Source: Cetorhinus maximus (taxonomy: Eukaryota). Taken from it: a stretch of 64,000 nt of DNA. Numbering within the stretch: the first letter of the stretch is position 1; each line of letters starts with the position of its first letter. Under the pieces are notes generated by a model that did no database searches, was not told the origin of the DNA, and saw only the letters and a program-made list of their open reading frames with translations. This document shows, in pieces, positions 50,456 to 61,469 of this stretch. The DNA lies in contig NC_135901.1 of NCBI RefSeq assembly GCF_964194155.1, forward strand, positions 27,218,001-27,282,000, read 5' to 3'. The position numbers were made by a program, and so were the translations under genes.

Positions 50456-51536
50456 GGGCATTAATAGGGAGGATTTGTAGACAGGAAATGCAAACCAAAC
50501 ATTACATCAAGATCTGATAGCATTACTCAAATTATCAGAGTCTGACTATTATCAGCCTTTGAATGCAGAACGAAAAATTATTTGTCTATCTACTGAAAAG
50601 TTTTCAGCTATCAGTGTGAGGCTTCAATTGGTCATCCCGCTCGGTGATGGACAACTGTAACCCGACAGCAGATGAACTATATAAACATGGCAGTGGCAAA
50701 GCTTTGAGAAAGCAACCAAGCTGGAAACCCCCACTAGGGCTATCTGTACCTTGCTTGTCCTGCTTTCTACCCTTAATGTCACCTATTAGCACATTCCTTA
50801 GATAATATCACCACCTTCAACACCTCTTTGTCCTTTTGTCTATGACATATTTTGGCTATCTGCACCTATCACTGGCCCTCTATCCTGCTCTACTTGTCCT
50901 TAAGCCAGCTTATATTTCACCTCTCTTCTATTTTTCCTTAGTTCTGTTGACGAGTCATACGGACTCGAAACATTAACTGTGTTCATCTCCGCAGATGCTG
51001 TCAGACCTGCTGAGTTTTTCCAGGTAATTTTATTTAAGCTGGAAACTCAACCGTGCAGCCACAGTGGGGAGAAGCCATTCACCTGCTCTGTGTGTGGGAA
51101 GGGATTCATTTGCTCATTCACCCTGCTTAGACACTAACTAGTTCACACTGTGGAGAGGCCCTTTGCTCGCTCCCAGTGTGTGAAGGGGTTCAGAGATTCC
51201 TCTCACCTGCTGGGACACCACGATAGGCCAGTCACCTGCTCTGAATGTTGGAAGGGATTCACTCACTCATTGAGCTTGATAACATATCAATGAGCTCACA
51301 CCGGAGAGAGACCAGTCACCTGATCCAACTCGGAAGGGATTCACTCAGTCAGCTAAGCTGCTTGCAAACCAGTGAATTCACACTGGGGAGAGATATTTAA
51401 ATGTTCCATGTGTAGGAAGGAATTCAGCCAATCCTCCAGCCTGTTGATACACCAGTAAGTTCACATCAGGGAAAGGCTGTTTGAAAGTTCACTCGCTCAT
51501 CCCATCTCCTGACACACCAGCGAATTCATGTTTGAC
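50456..51536 (+). pseudogene. Heavily decayed zinc-finger pseudogene J
   Basis: Family acceptor TTTACAG near 50456, decayed fingers with several stops, family 3' UTR from ~51537. Confidence 0.75.
50729..51035 (+). mobile_element. Penelope pseudo-LTR inserted in pseudogene J
   Basis: 11-bp TSD AAGCTGGAAAC at 50718 and 51036; hammerhead-like CTGTTGAC-GAGTC-ATACG-GACTC-GAAAC at ~50944-50971. Confidence 0.75.
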
Positions 51537-52494
51537 TGCAGGGGTTGGATTCTGCTGTTATTGCTGCTGCGAATCATATCCAGGACTGAACCATGTTCAT
51601 TCTGACAGTTGGGGTCTGTTTCTGCTGATGTGAATAATCCCTGTAACTGGGCTGGAGTTTAATATTCTACGTAAATGACAACTAAATCAGCTTTGTTTTG
51701 GACACACAGTTTGTCAAGTCCTGGTATCACTGAGATAAGAAAAGATGGCTTTTCAGCAGAGTCTAAAAGGAGGAGATAGAAGTGAAGGGGTTAAGGGAGG
51801 GAATTCCAGAATTTAGGAACCTGCCAGCTAAAGTCTGAAAAAGTGTGAGCCCTGGATTATGGGGGACTCGAATCTCTGGAGTGGGGACTTGAACCCACAA
51901 CCTTCAGACTCAGAGGCGAGAGTATGGGATGGACTGAGCCCTGCTGTCTAGGGAAGTGATGTGAAGTCTCAGTTGCCTCATCCTTTATCTGCCCTTTTCC
52001 TTATTCCAGGATCAGCAGATCGAGCTGAGAAACTGGGCAACAATTAAAAGGGACAAGAAGAAAGTTAAGAGAATAAACTTCTTCACCCAGAGAGTGGTGA
52101 GAATGTGGATCTCGCTCCCACGGTGGGGAGGGGGGAGGAGAGGGGTGGGGGGGGGGTTGGGAGTTGGTTGTGGGTGGTGAGGTGAATAGGATAGATGTCT
52201 GTAAGGGGAAGCTGGATAAACACATGAAGGAGAAAGAAACGGAAGAATATGTTGGTGGGGCTTGATGAAGTAAATTGGGAGGAGGATCCCCATTTTCAGC
52301 ATTTTTAACTTAGGCGAGGAGTTTTGAACATTTGAACCACTCTCAAGGTTATGTTCGGACTGTTAATGCACAAACAGCACATGGTTATTGGAATAGCTGG
52401 AAATCAGAGGATAGTGGGTAAAGAGCAGGAAACGGCCAAGATAACCCCTACCCAGAATGCAGCAGGATGGGCTGAGCAAGGAGATGCTGAGCTC

Positions 52495-52654
52495 AAGGGG
52501 GTTTGAAGACCCGGAAATAAAAGGGGCTTGTGCATACACTGACCTGGAGGTAAAGGGATTTGTGTATAAACTGGCCCAGAGATAAAGGGGTTTGTGTATA
52601 AACTGGCCCGGAGATAAAGGGTCTTGCGTATGCACGAACCCAGAAATAAAGGGG
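52495..52654. repeat. Short ~32-bp minisatellite related to 45113-45500
   Basis: About five units of TAAAGGGGTTTGTGTATAAACTGGCCCAGAGA. Confidence 0.75.
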
Positions 52655-53497
52655 CCTAACCCTAACCCTAATCCCTAACCCCTAACCTTAACCCTAAACC
52701 TAACCATACCCCTAAATCTAACAATACCCTTAAGCCTAAACACAACCGTAAACCTAACCCTAAGCCTAACCCTAACCCTAACCCTAAACATAACCATAAC
52801 CTTAAACCTAACCATAACCCTAAACCTAAACCTAACCATAACCCTAAACAAAACCCTAAACCTAAGCCTAACCATAAACCTAATTCCTAACAATAACCCA
52901 AACCCTAAACTTAACTCTAACCCGAACCCTCACTATAAACCTAACCATAACCCTAAACCTAACCCTAACCCTATCCACAACCCTGAACCGAACCCGAACG
53001 TTAACCATAATCCTAGACCTAATCATAACCCTAAACCTAGCCATGACCTAGCCTTAACCCTAAACCTAACCATAACCCTAAACCTAACCATGAACCAAAC
53101 CATAACCCCAACCCTAACCCTAAACCTAGCTGAACCGTAACACTAATCCTAACCGTAAATCTAACCCTAAAACTAGCCCTAACCCTAAACCAAACCATAA
53201 CCCTAAACCTAACCATGAACCTAACCATAACCCTAAACCTAACCGTAACCCTAAACCTAACCATAACATTAACCCTAAACCTAACCATAGCCCTAAACCT
53301 AACCCTAAAGCTAACCATAACCCTACCCTTAACCATAACCCTAAACACAACCCTAACCTTAACCCTAAACCTAGCCATAACCCTAAACCTAACACTAAAC
53401 CTTACCATAACCCTAAACCTAACTCTAAACCTAACCATAGTGCCTAACCTAACCATAACACTAATCCTAACACTGAACCCAACACTAACCCTAACCC
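52655..53497. repeat. Degenerate interstitial telomeric array, (CCCTAA)n on the + strand
   Basis: About 140 hexamers of CCCTAA, ACCTAA, CCATAA and other variants. Confidence 0.92.
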
Positions 53498-53874
53498 AGA
53501 ATATACACTAACCTGTAAATAAACCTAATGCTAACCGGGGATCCCAGAGCTTCTCCTGAATCACGTGGTGCCTTGTAGATTGTGGACAGACTTTGCAGAT
53601 TCGGCACCTTCCAAACCCGTGACCACTCCGACCCGGAAGGACAAGGGCAGTAGATGCACCACCACCTGCAAGTTCCCCTCCAAGCCACTCACCATTCGGA
53701 CTCAGATCCATATCACCATTCCTTCACTGTTACCGGGTCAAAACCCTGGAACACCCTTCCCAATATTTCCCCACATTATGCTCCAACTGCAAATGTTCTC
53801 CCACTCACTTAACCTGCCTATATCTTTTTGCAGACTCTCTAGCTCTTCTGGACAATTTACAAAGTCCCTCAAAC

Positions 53875-54190
53875 AGCAACGTGATAATGACCAGATGATA
53901 AGTTTTTGTGATGTTGATTGAGGGATAATTGTTGACCTGGACACCAAAGAGAATAGCCCTGCTCTTCTTCCAGAATAATGAAGTGGGATATTTTACATCC
54001 ACCCGAGCAGGCAAATAGGGCCTCGGTGTAGCATCTCACCTGAAAGACGGCACCTCCGACAGGGCAGCACTCCCTTAGTACTGCACTGGAGGGTCAGATG
54101 TGAGTTTTGTGCTCAATTCCTGATTGTGGGCAAGAGCCCAGATGCTTAGGAATCAGAGGCTGGAGTGTTACCCACTGAGCCCCGACTGAC
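53875..54190 (-). mobile_element. Deu-domain SINE
   Basis: Minus strand GTGCTGCCCTGTCGGAGGTGCCGTCTTTCAGGTGAGATG resembles the Deu-domain core of SINE3/AmnSINE1/SacSINE1-type elements; related copy at 62570-62950. Confidence 0.65.
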
Positions 54191-54759
54191 AATGAAGTGA
54201 AGAGGAGTGGGAGGAGGCATGTGTGGAGAACAAAAAACATCACAGACCAGGTGGCCCGAATGGTCTGGTCCTTTGATGTTAATTCTGTGTAATTTCAATA
54301 AGTAGAACATTTCAGACATGGATTAGTTGAATTCACACGAAGGAGTTGTTTGGGTGTGATGCTGAAAGGGACCTGTTTTATTGTAAAATAATGTCCGCTG
54401 AGAGTCCCTGAATGAATGAGGAGAGATCACACACAGCAGTTCTTAAAGAGAACTGAGCTCACTCAGCAAATCAGCAATCCCAATTTATCCCACATCAAGG
54501 ACATGACACTTTCAATCCAAAGCTGATTCATTCCACTTACATCCAGAATATTAAACTCCAGCTCAGTTACAGGGGTCATTAACATGAGCAGAAGTAAACA
54601 CCCTAATTCCCCTTCCCTGGGAAGGGACACTAGGCCTCAGTTTCACATTCACCTGTTGCCCTCCCCAATCTGTCACCCAGGTGTCTAAATATTTACACAT
54701 GATGTTAACAAACTGTTTTGCTAAGGGGGCGTCACAATCAAATCCAGTGACTACCCACA

Positions 54760-55182
54760 TGTACTTTGTGTCAGGGTGGGGTTACTGTGCCCCCCAACCC
54801 CCACTTTCCATCCCAGTCCCAGGAGTTTGGAGACTGGGCTCCGGATGAGTAATGACGGCCGCAGCTCCCACAATCGCCCGCGCTGCGGAAACCTCTCTAT
54901 CCGCCGCGCGGGCGGGCAGCCCGGGACAGCGCATGTGCCGAGTCTGCCGCACAGCTGCGCATGTGCGGCTCCTGCCTGGTGGTCGCATGAAGGCCGCGCG
55001 CTCATTGACCTCCAGTTTTTCCCGTGTCCGCGAGCCTGGCCTGCAGACTGGAACCCGAGGACGTCACCGCGGAGCAGAGTGATTCCTATTGGCTGATTCA
55101 GGCAGGGTTCCGTTGTAGACGTCACAACGCGGAAGTTGGACAATGAGCTTCAGACTAAAACTTCCTCCTCTGGGCAACATCT
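54760..55182. promoter_or_regulatory. Bidirectional promoter plus first exons, arm C (-) / arm B (+), upstream of gene K
   Basis: 55020-55330 nearly identical to 15987-16300; NRF1-like and CRE-like sites; mini-exon at 55251-55300. Confidence 0.75.
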
Positions 55183-55980
55183 GTGAGGAAATCAATGTTT
55201 CCCCCTTTCCATTTCTTTTCTCATTCTGGGGGGAAATTGTTGACTTGCAGGAACTGAAGGGAAAGGAAGTGAATCCAGGGAGGGTGCAGACTCTGGAAAG
55301 GTTGGCCCAGGTCTCTCCCTCTCTCTCTCTCTTAAAGACATTGACATCCTTTGCTCCCTCAGATTGACACATTTATTTGTCTGGCTAAAAGGATGGTCTC
55401 TTTCCTAATGTTCACAATTAAAGGGGTGGTTTCCCCAGGAGATGGTTGACATTGAAGGGGACAACTTCAGGGTGATTTACTGTCCTATATTTTCAGAGAT
55501 TGCTCCTTATTTTACCTTTTGTCCCGTATTTCTAGGCCAGCCTGTGGGAAACTGATCCCAGGAGTCTCCAGGGTGAGTTTGAGTGATTTGAGTGGGACGG
55601 CAAGTGGGTGAGTCGGCCAGCAGAGAGATGATGATGTTGTGACTGAACAAGATAAGTTGTAAGTTTTAGTTGGTTTTAAATCCTACCCTCCCACTATTAT
55701 TGTCTCAAGACCCCTCCTCCCCATCACCTCTCATGTTGAAACACAAACACCCGCCCTCAACCCTCTCTCATGGTCACCAGCATTCCACCACCACCCTCCC
55801 CTGGTCCCAAGGTTGAAGTGTCCCTTCTTTTATTTCATAAGAGTGCTGCCCCTGGACAATACAGTAATAGAAAACTTTGAGATGTCTAATGTTGTGATAG
55901 GGGACATTTTAGCATGTTATTTATGGTTCTGTAGTTAAGTTCATTTATTCTTGTTTCTAGTTTTGCTGAAAAAAGAGACA

Positions 55981-56014
55981 TATCAAAGCTTTTCATCCTG
56001 CACTCATCAGGACA
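55981..56014 (-). ncRNA. Minimal type I hammerhead ribozyme motif
   Basis: UGUC-CUGAUGA-GU-GCAGG-AU-GAA-AAGCUU-U-GAUA: intact core boxes, palindromic stem III, stem I UGUC/GAUA. Confidence 0.6.
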
Positions 56015-56123
56015 CTTCGCAAGAATATCTGTACCTATCAGAGTTCACTTGCCAACCAATCAGCACTCTCTTCACATACAGAATAAATTGTTGTTTTCCC
56101 CTTATATTTGTCTTTTTGCAAAA

Positions 56124-56157
56124 TGTCCTGATGAGTGCAAAATGAAAACCTTCAACA
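56124..56157 (+). ncRNA. Minimal hammerhead ribozyme motif, partly decayed
   Basis: UGUC-CUGAUGA-GU-GCAAA-AU-GAA-AACCUU-C-AACA: core intact, mismatches in stems I and III. Confidence 0.5.
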
Positions 56158-57122
56158 TGTCTTTTTTCAGCAATATTCAAGTCTTGTACTACCAAATGAC
56201 TATTTCTAGTTTTGTAATATAGTACTGCAACTATGTTATTTATTTCTGGTCATATATTCATTAAAAACACAGAAGGAGCCAATTTGGCAACTCGAGCCCA
56301 TGCCAACTCTCTGTGGAGCAATCCAATCAGTCCCATTCCCCCTCTATATCCCCATTCCTGTGCTAGCTTATTTCCTTCAAGCGCCCTTCCAATTTCATTT
56401 TGAAATCATTGATCGTCTCTGCTTTCATCACCCTCGTAGGCAGTGAGTTCCAGGTCATCACAACTCGCTGCTGAAATACAATTCTCCCTCACACCCCATG
56501 TGTCTCTGATTATGTAATGGAGTACTGTACATTTTAAGTACAGTATGATTGGGTGTATACTGGGTAGATTAGATTTAGAATGGAGAGAGTGTAGCAGAGT
56601 GAGAATACAGGGACTGTGTGTGGGATGGAGATTTACAGTTTTTGGGGAACAAGAGAGGGTACAGTGTGCTATAAGAGTGTGCTGTAGAAATTAGAATTGT
56701 CTGTTCTGAATTTATACTCTGGACTGATAATAATGATTTTTTTAAACTCCTTTTACAGGATATTATAAGTAGAGGATTTGCAGACAGAAATCTCAAACCA
56801 AACTCCACGTCATGATCTGACAGAATCACTCGATTCTCTGGGACCTGAATATTATTGGCCTTTGAATCTAGAAGGAGAAATGTTTGTCTGTTCTGTCTTC
56901 TTCAAAAGGTTTTAAGCCTCAGTGTGACTGGAAAAGCACCGAGACACACACACCCGAGTGAGTGTTTCCAGTGCACTGACTTTGGAAAGAGCTTTAACCA
57001 GTTAAACAGCCTGAAAGAAACATCGCACCATTCACTGTGAGGAGAGACATTATACACGTTCTGTGTGTGGACAAGGCTGCAACTGATTGTCGGACCTGGA
57101 GATACACAAGGACACCCGCACC

Positions 57123-58889
57123 ATGGAGAAACCGTGGAGATGTGGGGACTGTGGGAAGGGATTCAAATACCCATCTCAGCTGGAAGCTCATCGACGCAGT
57201 CACACTGGGGAAAGGCCATTCATCTGTTCTGTGTGTGGGAAGGGATTCACTCATTCATCCACCCTGCGGAGGCACCAGCAAATTCACACTGGGAAGTGGC
57301 CATTTGCCTGCTCTGAGTGTGGGAACAGATTCAGACAGTTATCCAGCCTGCAGTCACACCAGCGATTTCACACTGGGGAGAAGATGCCATTCGTCTGCTC
57401 TGTGTGTGCGAAAGGATTCACCCACTCATCCAACCTGTTGAAACACCAGCGAATTCACACTGGGGAGAGGCCGTTCACCTGCTCTGAATGTGGGAAGGGA
57501 TTCAGTAATTCATCCGACCTGCAGAAACACAAGCGAGTTCACACCGGGGAGAGGCCGTTCTCCTGCTATGAGTGTGGGAAGGGATTCAGTAACTCGTTCA
57601 ACCTTCTGCGACACCAGCGAGTACACACTGGGGCGAGGCCATTCGCCTGCTCCGAGTGTGGGAAGGGATTCAGTCAGTTATCCAACCTGCAGACACACGA
57701 GCGAGTTCACACCAGGGAGAGGCCGTTCACCTCTGAGTGTGGGAAGAGATTCCGTAATTCATCAGACCTGCAGAAACACAAGCGAGTTCACACTGGGGAG
57801 AGGCCGTTCACCTGTTCTGAATGTGGGAAGGGATTCAGTAACTCATCCGACCTTCAGAAACACATGCGAGTTCACACAGAAGAGAGGCCGTTAACCTGCT
57901 CTGAGTGTGGGAAGGGATTCAATCATTCATCAGACCTGCAGAGACACATGCGTGTTCACACTGGGGAGAGGCCATTCACCTGCTCTGAGTGTGGGAAGGG
58001 ATTCAGTCAGTTATCCAACCTGCAGACACACCAGCGAATTCACACCAGGGAAAGGCTGTTCACCTGCTCTGAGTGTGGAAAGGGATTCAGTGATTCATCA
58101 GACCTGCATATACACAAGGGAGTTCACACTGGGGAGAGGCCATTCACCTGCTTGCAGTGTGGGAAGGGATTCGTTGATTCATCAAACCTACTGCGACACC
58201 AGCGAGTTCACACTGGGGAGAGACCGTTCACCTGCTTGGATTGTAAGAAGGGATTCAGTCATTCATCCGACTTGCAGAAACACATGCGAGTTCACACTGG
58301 GGAGAGGCCATTCACCTGCTCTGAGTGTGGAAAGGGATTCACTCAGTTATCCAACCTGCGGACACACCAGCGAATTCACACCAGGGAGAAGCCGTTCACC
58401 TGCTCTGAGTGTGGGAAGGGTTTCAATGATTCATCAGACCTGCATAAGCACAAGGGAGTTCACACTGGGGAGAGGCCGTTCACCTGCTCTGACTGTGGGA
58501 AGGGTTTCAGTGATTCATCAGACCTGCAAAAACACAAGGGAGTTCACAATGGGGAGAGGCTGTTCTCCTGCTTTCAGTGTGGGAAGGGATTCAGTGATTC
58601 ATCCAACATGCTGCGACATGAACGAATTCACACTGGGGAGAGACCGTTCACCTGCTCTGATTGTGGAAAGGGATTCACACAGTCATCCGACCTGCAGAAA
58701 CACAAGCGGGTTCACACTGGGGAGAGGCCGTTCACCTGCTCTGAGTGTGGGAAAGGATTCACTCAGTTACCTAACCTGCGGACACACCAGCGAATTCACA
58801 CCAGGGAGAGGCCATTCACCTGCTCTGAGTGTGGGAAGGGATTCACACATTCACCCCACTTGCTAAGACACCAGCGAGTTCATAAGTGA
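57123..58889 (+). CDS. C2H2 zinc-finger protein K, 21 fingers (finger 8 lacks its first Cys)
   Basis: accATGg MEKPWRCGDC, 588-aa open array; acceptor at 56758. Confidence 0.9.
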   Translation: MEKPWRCGDCGKGFKYPSQLEAHRRSHTGERPFICSVCGKGFTHSSTLRRHQQIHTGKWPFACSECGNRFRQLSSLQSHQRFHTGEKMPFVCSVCAKGFTHSSNLLKHQRIHTGERPFTCSECGKGFSNSSDLQKHKRVHTGERPFSCYECGKGFSNSFNLLRHQRVHTGARPFACSECGKGFSQLSNLQTHERVHTRERPFTSECGKRFRNSSDLQKHKRVHTGERPFTCSECGKGFSNSSDLQKHMRVHTEERPLTCSECGKGFNHSSDLQRHMRVHTGERPFTCSECGKGFSQLSNLQTHQRIHTRERLFTCSECGKGFSDSSDLHIHKGVHTGERPFTCLQCGKGFVDSSNLLRHQRVHTGERPFTCLDCKKGFSHSSDLQKHMRVHTGERPFTCSECGKGFTQLSNLRTHQRIHTREKPFTCSECGKGFNDSSDLHKHKGVHTGERPFTCSDCGKGFSDSSDLQKHKGVHNGERLFSCFQCGKGFSDSSNMLRHERIHTGERPFTCSDCGKGFTQSSDLQKHKRVHTGERPFTCSECGKGFTQLPNLRTHQRIHTRERPFTCSECGKGFTHSPHLLRHQRVHK

Positions 58890-59159
58890 TTCCAGGGGTT
58901 GGATTTTGCTGTTATTGCTGCCGTTAATCACATCCAGGACTGAAACATGTTCATTCTGACACTTGGTGAAGTGGGAGGGTCGGAGGGTTTCTTTCTGCTG
59001 GACTGGCCGGTCTCACGACTTTGCTTCCAGTGGGCTGATGCTCTTTGAGCCTGGGAGTGCACATTTCCACTGAAATGATCCACAAAAGCTGATGAAGGAC
59101 ATTTATTTTATCCTGGACAGTACATAGTGTTTTTCCTACCACTACTGGATCTAAAATAA

Positions 59160-59765
59160 ATTCAAGAAGTTTAGGAAAACTCAGCAGGTCTGGCAGCATC
59201 TGTGAAGAGAGAGAAACAGTGTTAACTTTTCCAGTCCAAAATGACTCTTCCTCAGAATTTCAGAGAGGGAGAAATGTGATGGGTTGGATGCTGTTGAGAA
59301 AGGGGGGAGGGTCAGGTAGAACAAAAGGGAAAGTCAGGGATTGGTTAGAGGGCAGACCAGATTAAATAACAAAAATGTCATGAAACAAAAGACAAAGGGA
59401 GAGGTAATGTTTGCAGTAAAGAAACAAAGCATTGGTCCAGAGTAAGTGTTAATGGCAGAATAAAGGACAGCTCTGTCTGAAAGCAAAAACATGAAAACAA
59501 GATGCAGACTGGCACTTGATAAAAAAATACTGAAAACACAGGACAGAGTTGACATTCTGAAGTTGTTGAACTCAGTGTTGAGTCCAGAAGGCTGTAAAGT
59601 GCCTCATCGTAGGATGAGGTGCTGTTTGTCCAGCTTGTGTTGGGCTTCTCGGGAACATTGCAGCAGGCCGAGGACAGAAATGTGAGCATGAGAGCAAGGT
59701 GGTGAATTATAATGGCAGCAACTGGAAGGTCAGGGTCATGCTAGTGGACTGAGCGGAGGTGTTCC
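59160..59765 (-). mobile_element. Penelope-like element 3' part
   Basis: Inverted duplicate of 36975-37595. Confidence 0.8.
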
Positions 59766-60399
59766 ACAAAGAGGGCAGCGAACAGGGTACAGATGAATTA
59801 AAGAGAAACCATTTGGGTCCAGAACATTGTGCACATCCTTTTACTCTGGTTGTCTTTGATCCTCAAGTAATTTTCTGTTTTTTAACCATGTTCTGCTTCA
59901 TTAATAAACTTTTATCAGTTAAAATATTTGATTTTTCTGGATTTTTCATGATTAGATTTCTGCACTTTAGGGAAAGTGGGTGAGAGGGGCTGGCAGGCTC
60001 TTTAACAGAAAGTGAGTCCCACTAAGGTAATTGGCAATTTGTAGGGCCAAGGGGAAAAAACAGAGCAGTTGGATGAATCAGAGTCCTTTCAACGAGATGG
60101 CAGGGACACAATGGGCTGAATGGACTCCTTCTGCCTGTGAATCTGAGCCTCCTGCTTTTGTGCAGGTTATAAGGGACAGATTTCATTTCAGCCTCTTCCC
60201 TGGATGCGTATTTAAAGAGACGGGTTTCTGTTCAGCTCTGAGTGACCGATATAACAATGTCCCCACTCCTCTTAAACATCAAACAAAGCCTTGCATGGCC
60301 GATTAAACCGAACAGCCTTCCTGCAGCTCTCTCTGGACGCAGCAAAAATGTGTTTGACTGCTTAACAATAGCGGGGTCCCCTGAAAATAATTCAAACAC

Positions 60400-60965
60400 C
60401 TCAACAAAAACAACTTGCATTTATGTAGCACCTTTAAACATCCCAGGGAGCTTCACAGGAGCGATTACCGAACAGAAGTTGACACCGAGCCACATAAAGA
60501 GATATTAGCTCAGATGACCAGTAGCTTAGTCAAAGAGGCAGGTTGAAGGAGTGTCCTGAAGGAGCAAAAAAGATCGAGGGGCAGAGAGGTTTAGGGAGAG
60601 AATTCCAGAGTGTGGGGCCCAGGCAGCTGAAGACACGGCCCCCAGTGGTTCTGCAATTGAAACCGGGGATCGTAAAGAGGCCAGAATTAGTGGAGCACAA
60701 ATATCTCGGAGGGTTGTAGGGATGGAGAAGATTACAGAGATGGGGAGAGTGTGTGTGACCACGTGGTGATTTGAAAAAAAGGCCATGGAGGGATTTGAAA
60801 AGAATGAGCCAGAATTTAGCTCAATCAACATCCCATTCACTTTTACAGAGGTAAATTGGACCCAAGGAGGAGAATTTTAAAATTGAGGCATTGCTTGAGT
60901 GGGAGCCAATGTCGGTCAGTGAGCACAGGGGGTGATAGGTGAACGGGACTGAGTGTGAGTTGGGA
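60400..60965 (-). mobile_element. L2-like LINE 3' end
   Basis: Inverted duplicate of 35690-36220. Confidence 0.7.
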
Positions 60966-61469
60966 GACAGGCAGCAAAGTTTCTCTATTGAAGAAAGTTG
61001 GTCCAGTTCTGTACATTTCCCATCACACCGCTTATGTCTAAGATCAAGCTGACATCATCACATTCCATTGGGATTGCGCAATCCGCTGATGTCATCACAT
61101 TATATTTGTGATGATGTCATAAGATGACATCAGCATGTTTGTGATTCCACAATCAGTTGACACCAGACTATAGGCTTCATTGGGAGTGTGGGATTAGCTG
61201 ATGGCTGCACATTGCTTTCTCATTGTGCAGTGAGCAGAAACATTCGTTTGTAAACAGAATTTTTAACTACATGTACAGAATTGATCTTCAGATCTGGAAA
61301 ATGATCTGGATCTTAAACATTTACCACTAAAATTAACAAATTTGCTCGTGCAAATGTATGTGACTTTTTCGACGACAGTTTGTTATCATTGTTTACAATA
61401 AATTGTTGTGGAGAAAAAAAACATTGGGTGAAATAATCTCCCAATGTTAACAAATGCTTTTAAAATTTC

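Larger units (their letters stand above)
55966..56202. mobile_element. Penelope-like pseudo-LTR with inverted terminal copy
   Basis: 12-bp TSD TTTCTAGTTTTG at 55954 and 56203; ~55-bp inverted arms, each with a hammerhead motif. Confidence 0.75.

Noticed and set aside
52640-52700. Classic head-to-head telomere fusion site
   Set aside because: There is no (TTAGGG)n array on the left; only one orientation is present
52675-53511. VRFR, GLGLW and NLTITL repeat ORFs
   Set aside because: Translations of the telomere-like hexamer array
57907-58866. 319-aa alternate-frame ORF (GRDS...HPTC...SEFTLGRG repeats) and similar ORFs over every finger array
   Set aside because: A by-product of the 84-bp finger repeat, whose shifted frame lacks stops; begins at GTG and has no independent support
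59065-59100. ATGA...AAAA...TGAT in the shared 3' UTR as a SECIS element explaining the conserved TGA codons
   Set aside because: Spacing is far too short for a SECIS helix II, and the leader also has TAA stops and frameshifts, so recoding cannot restore it
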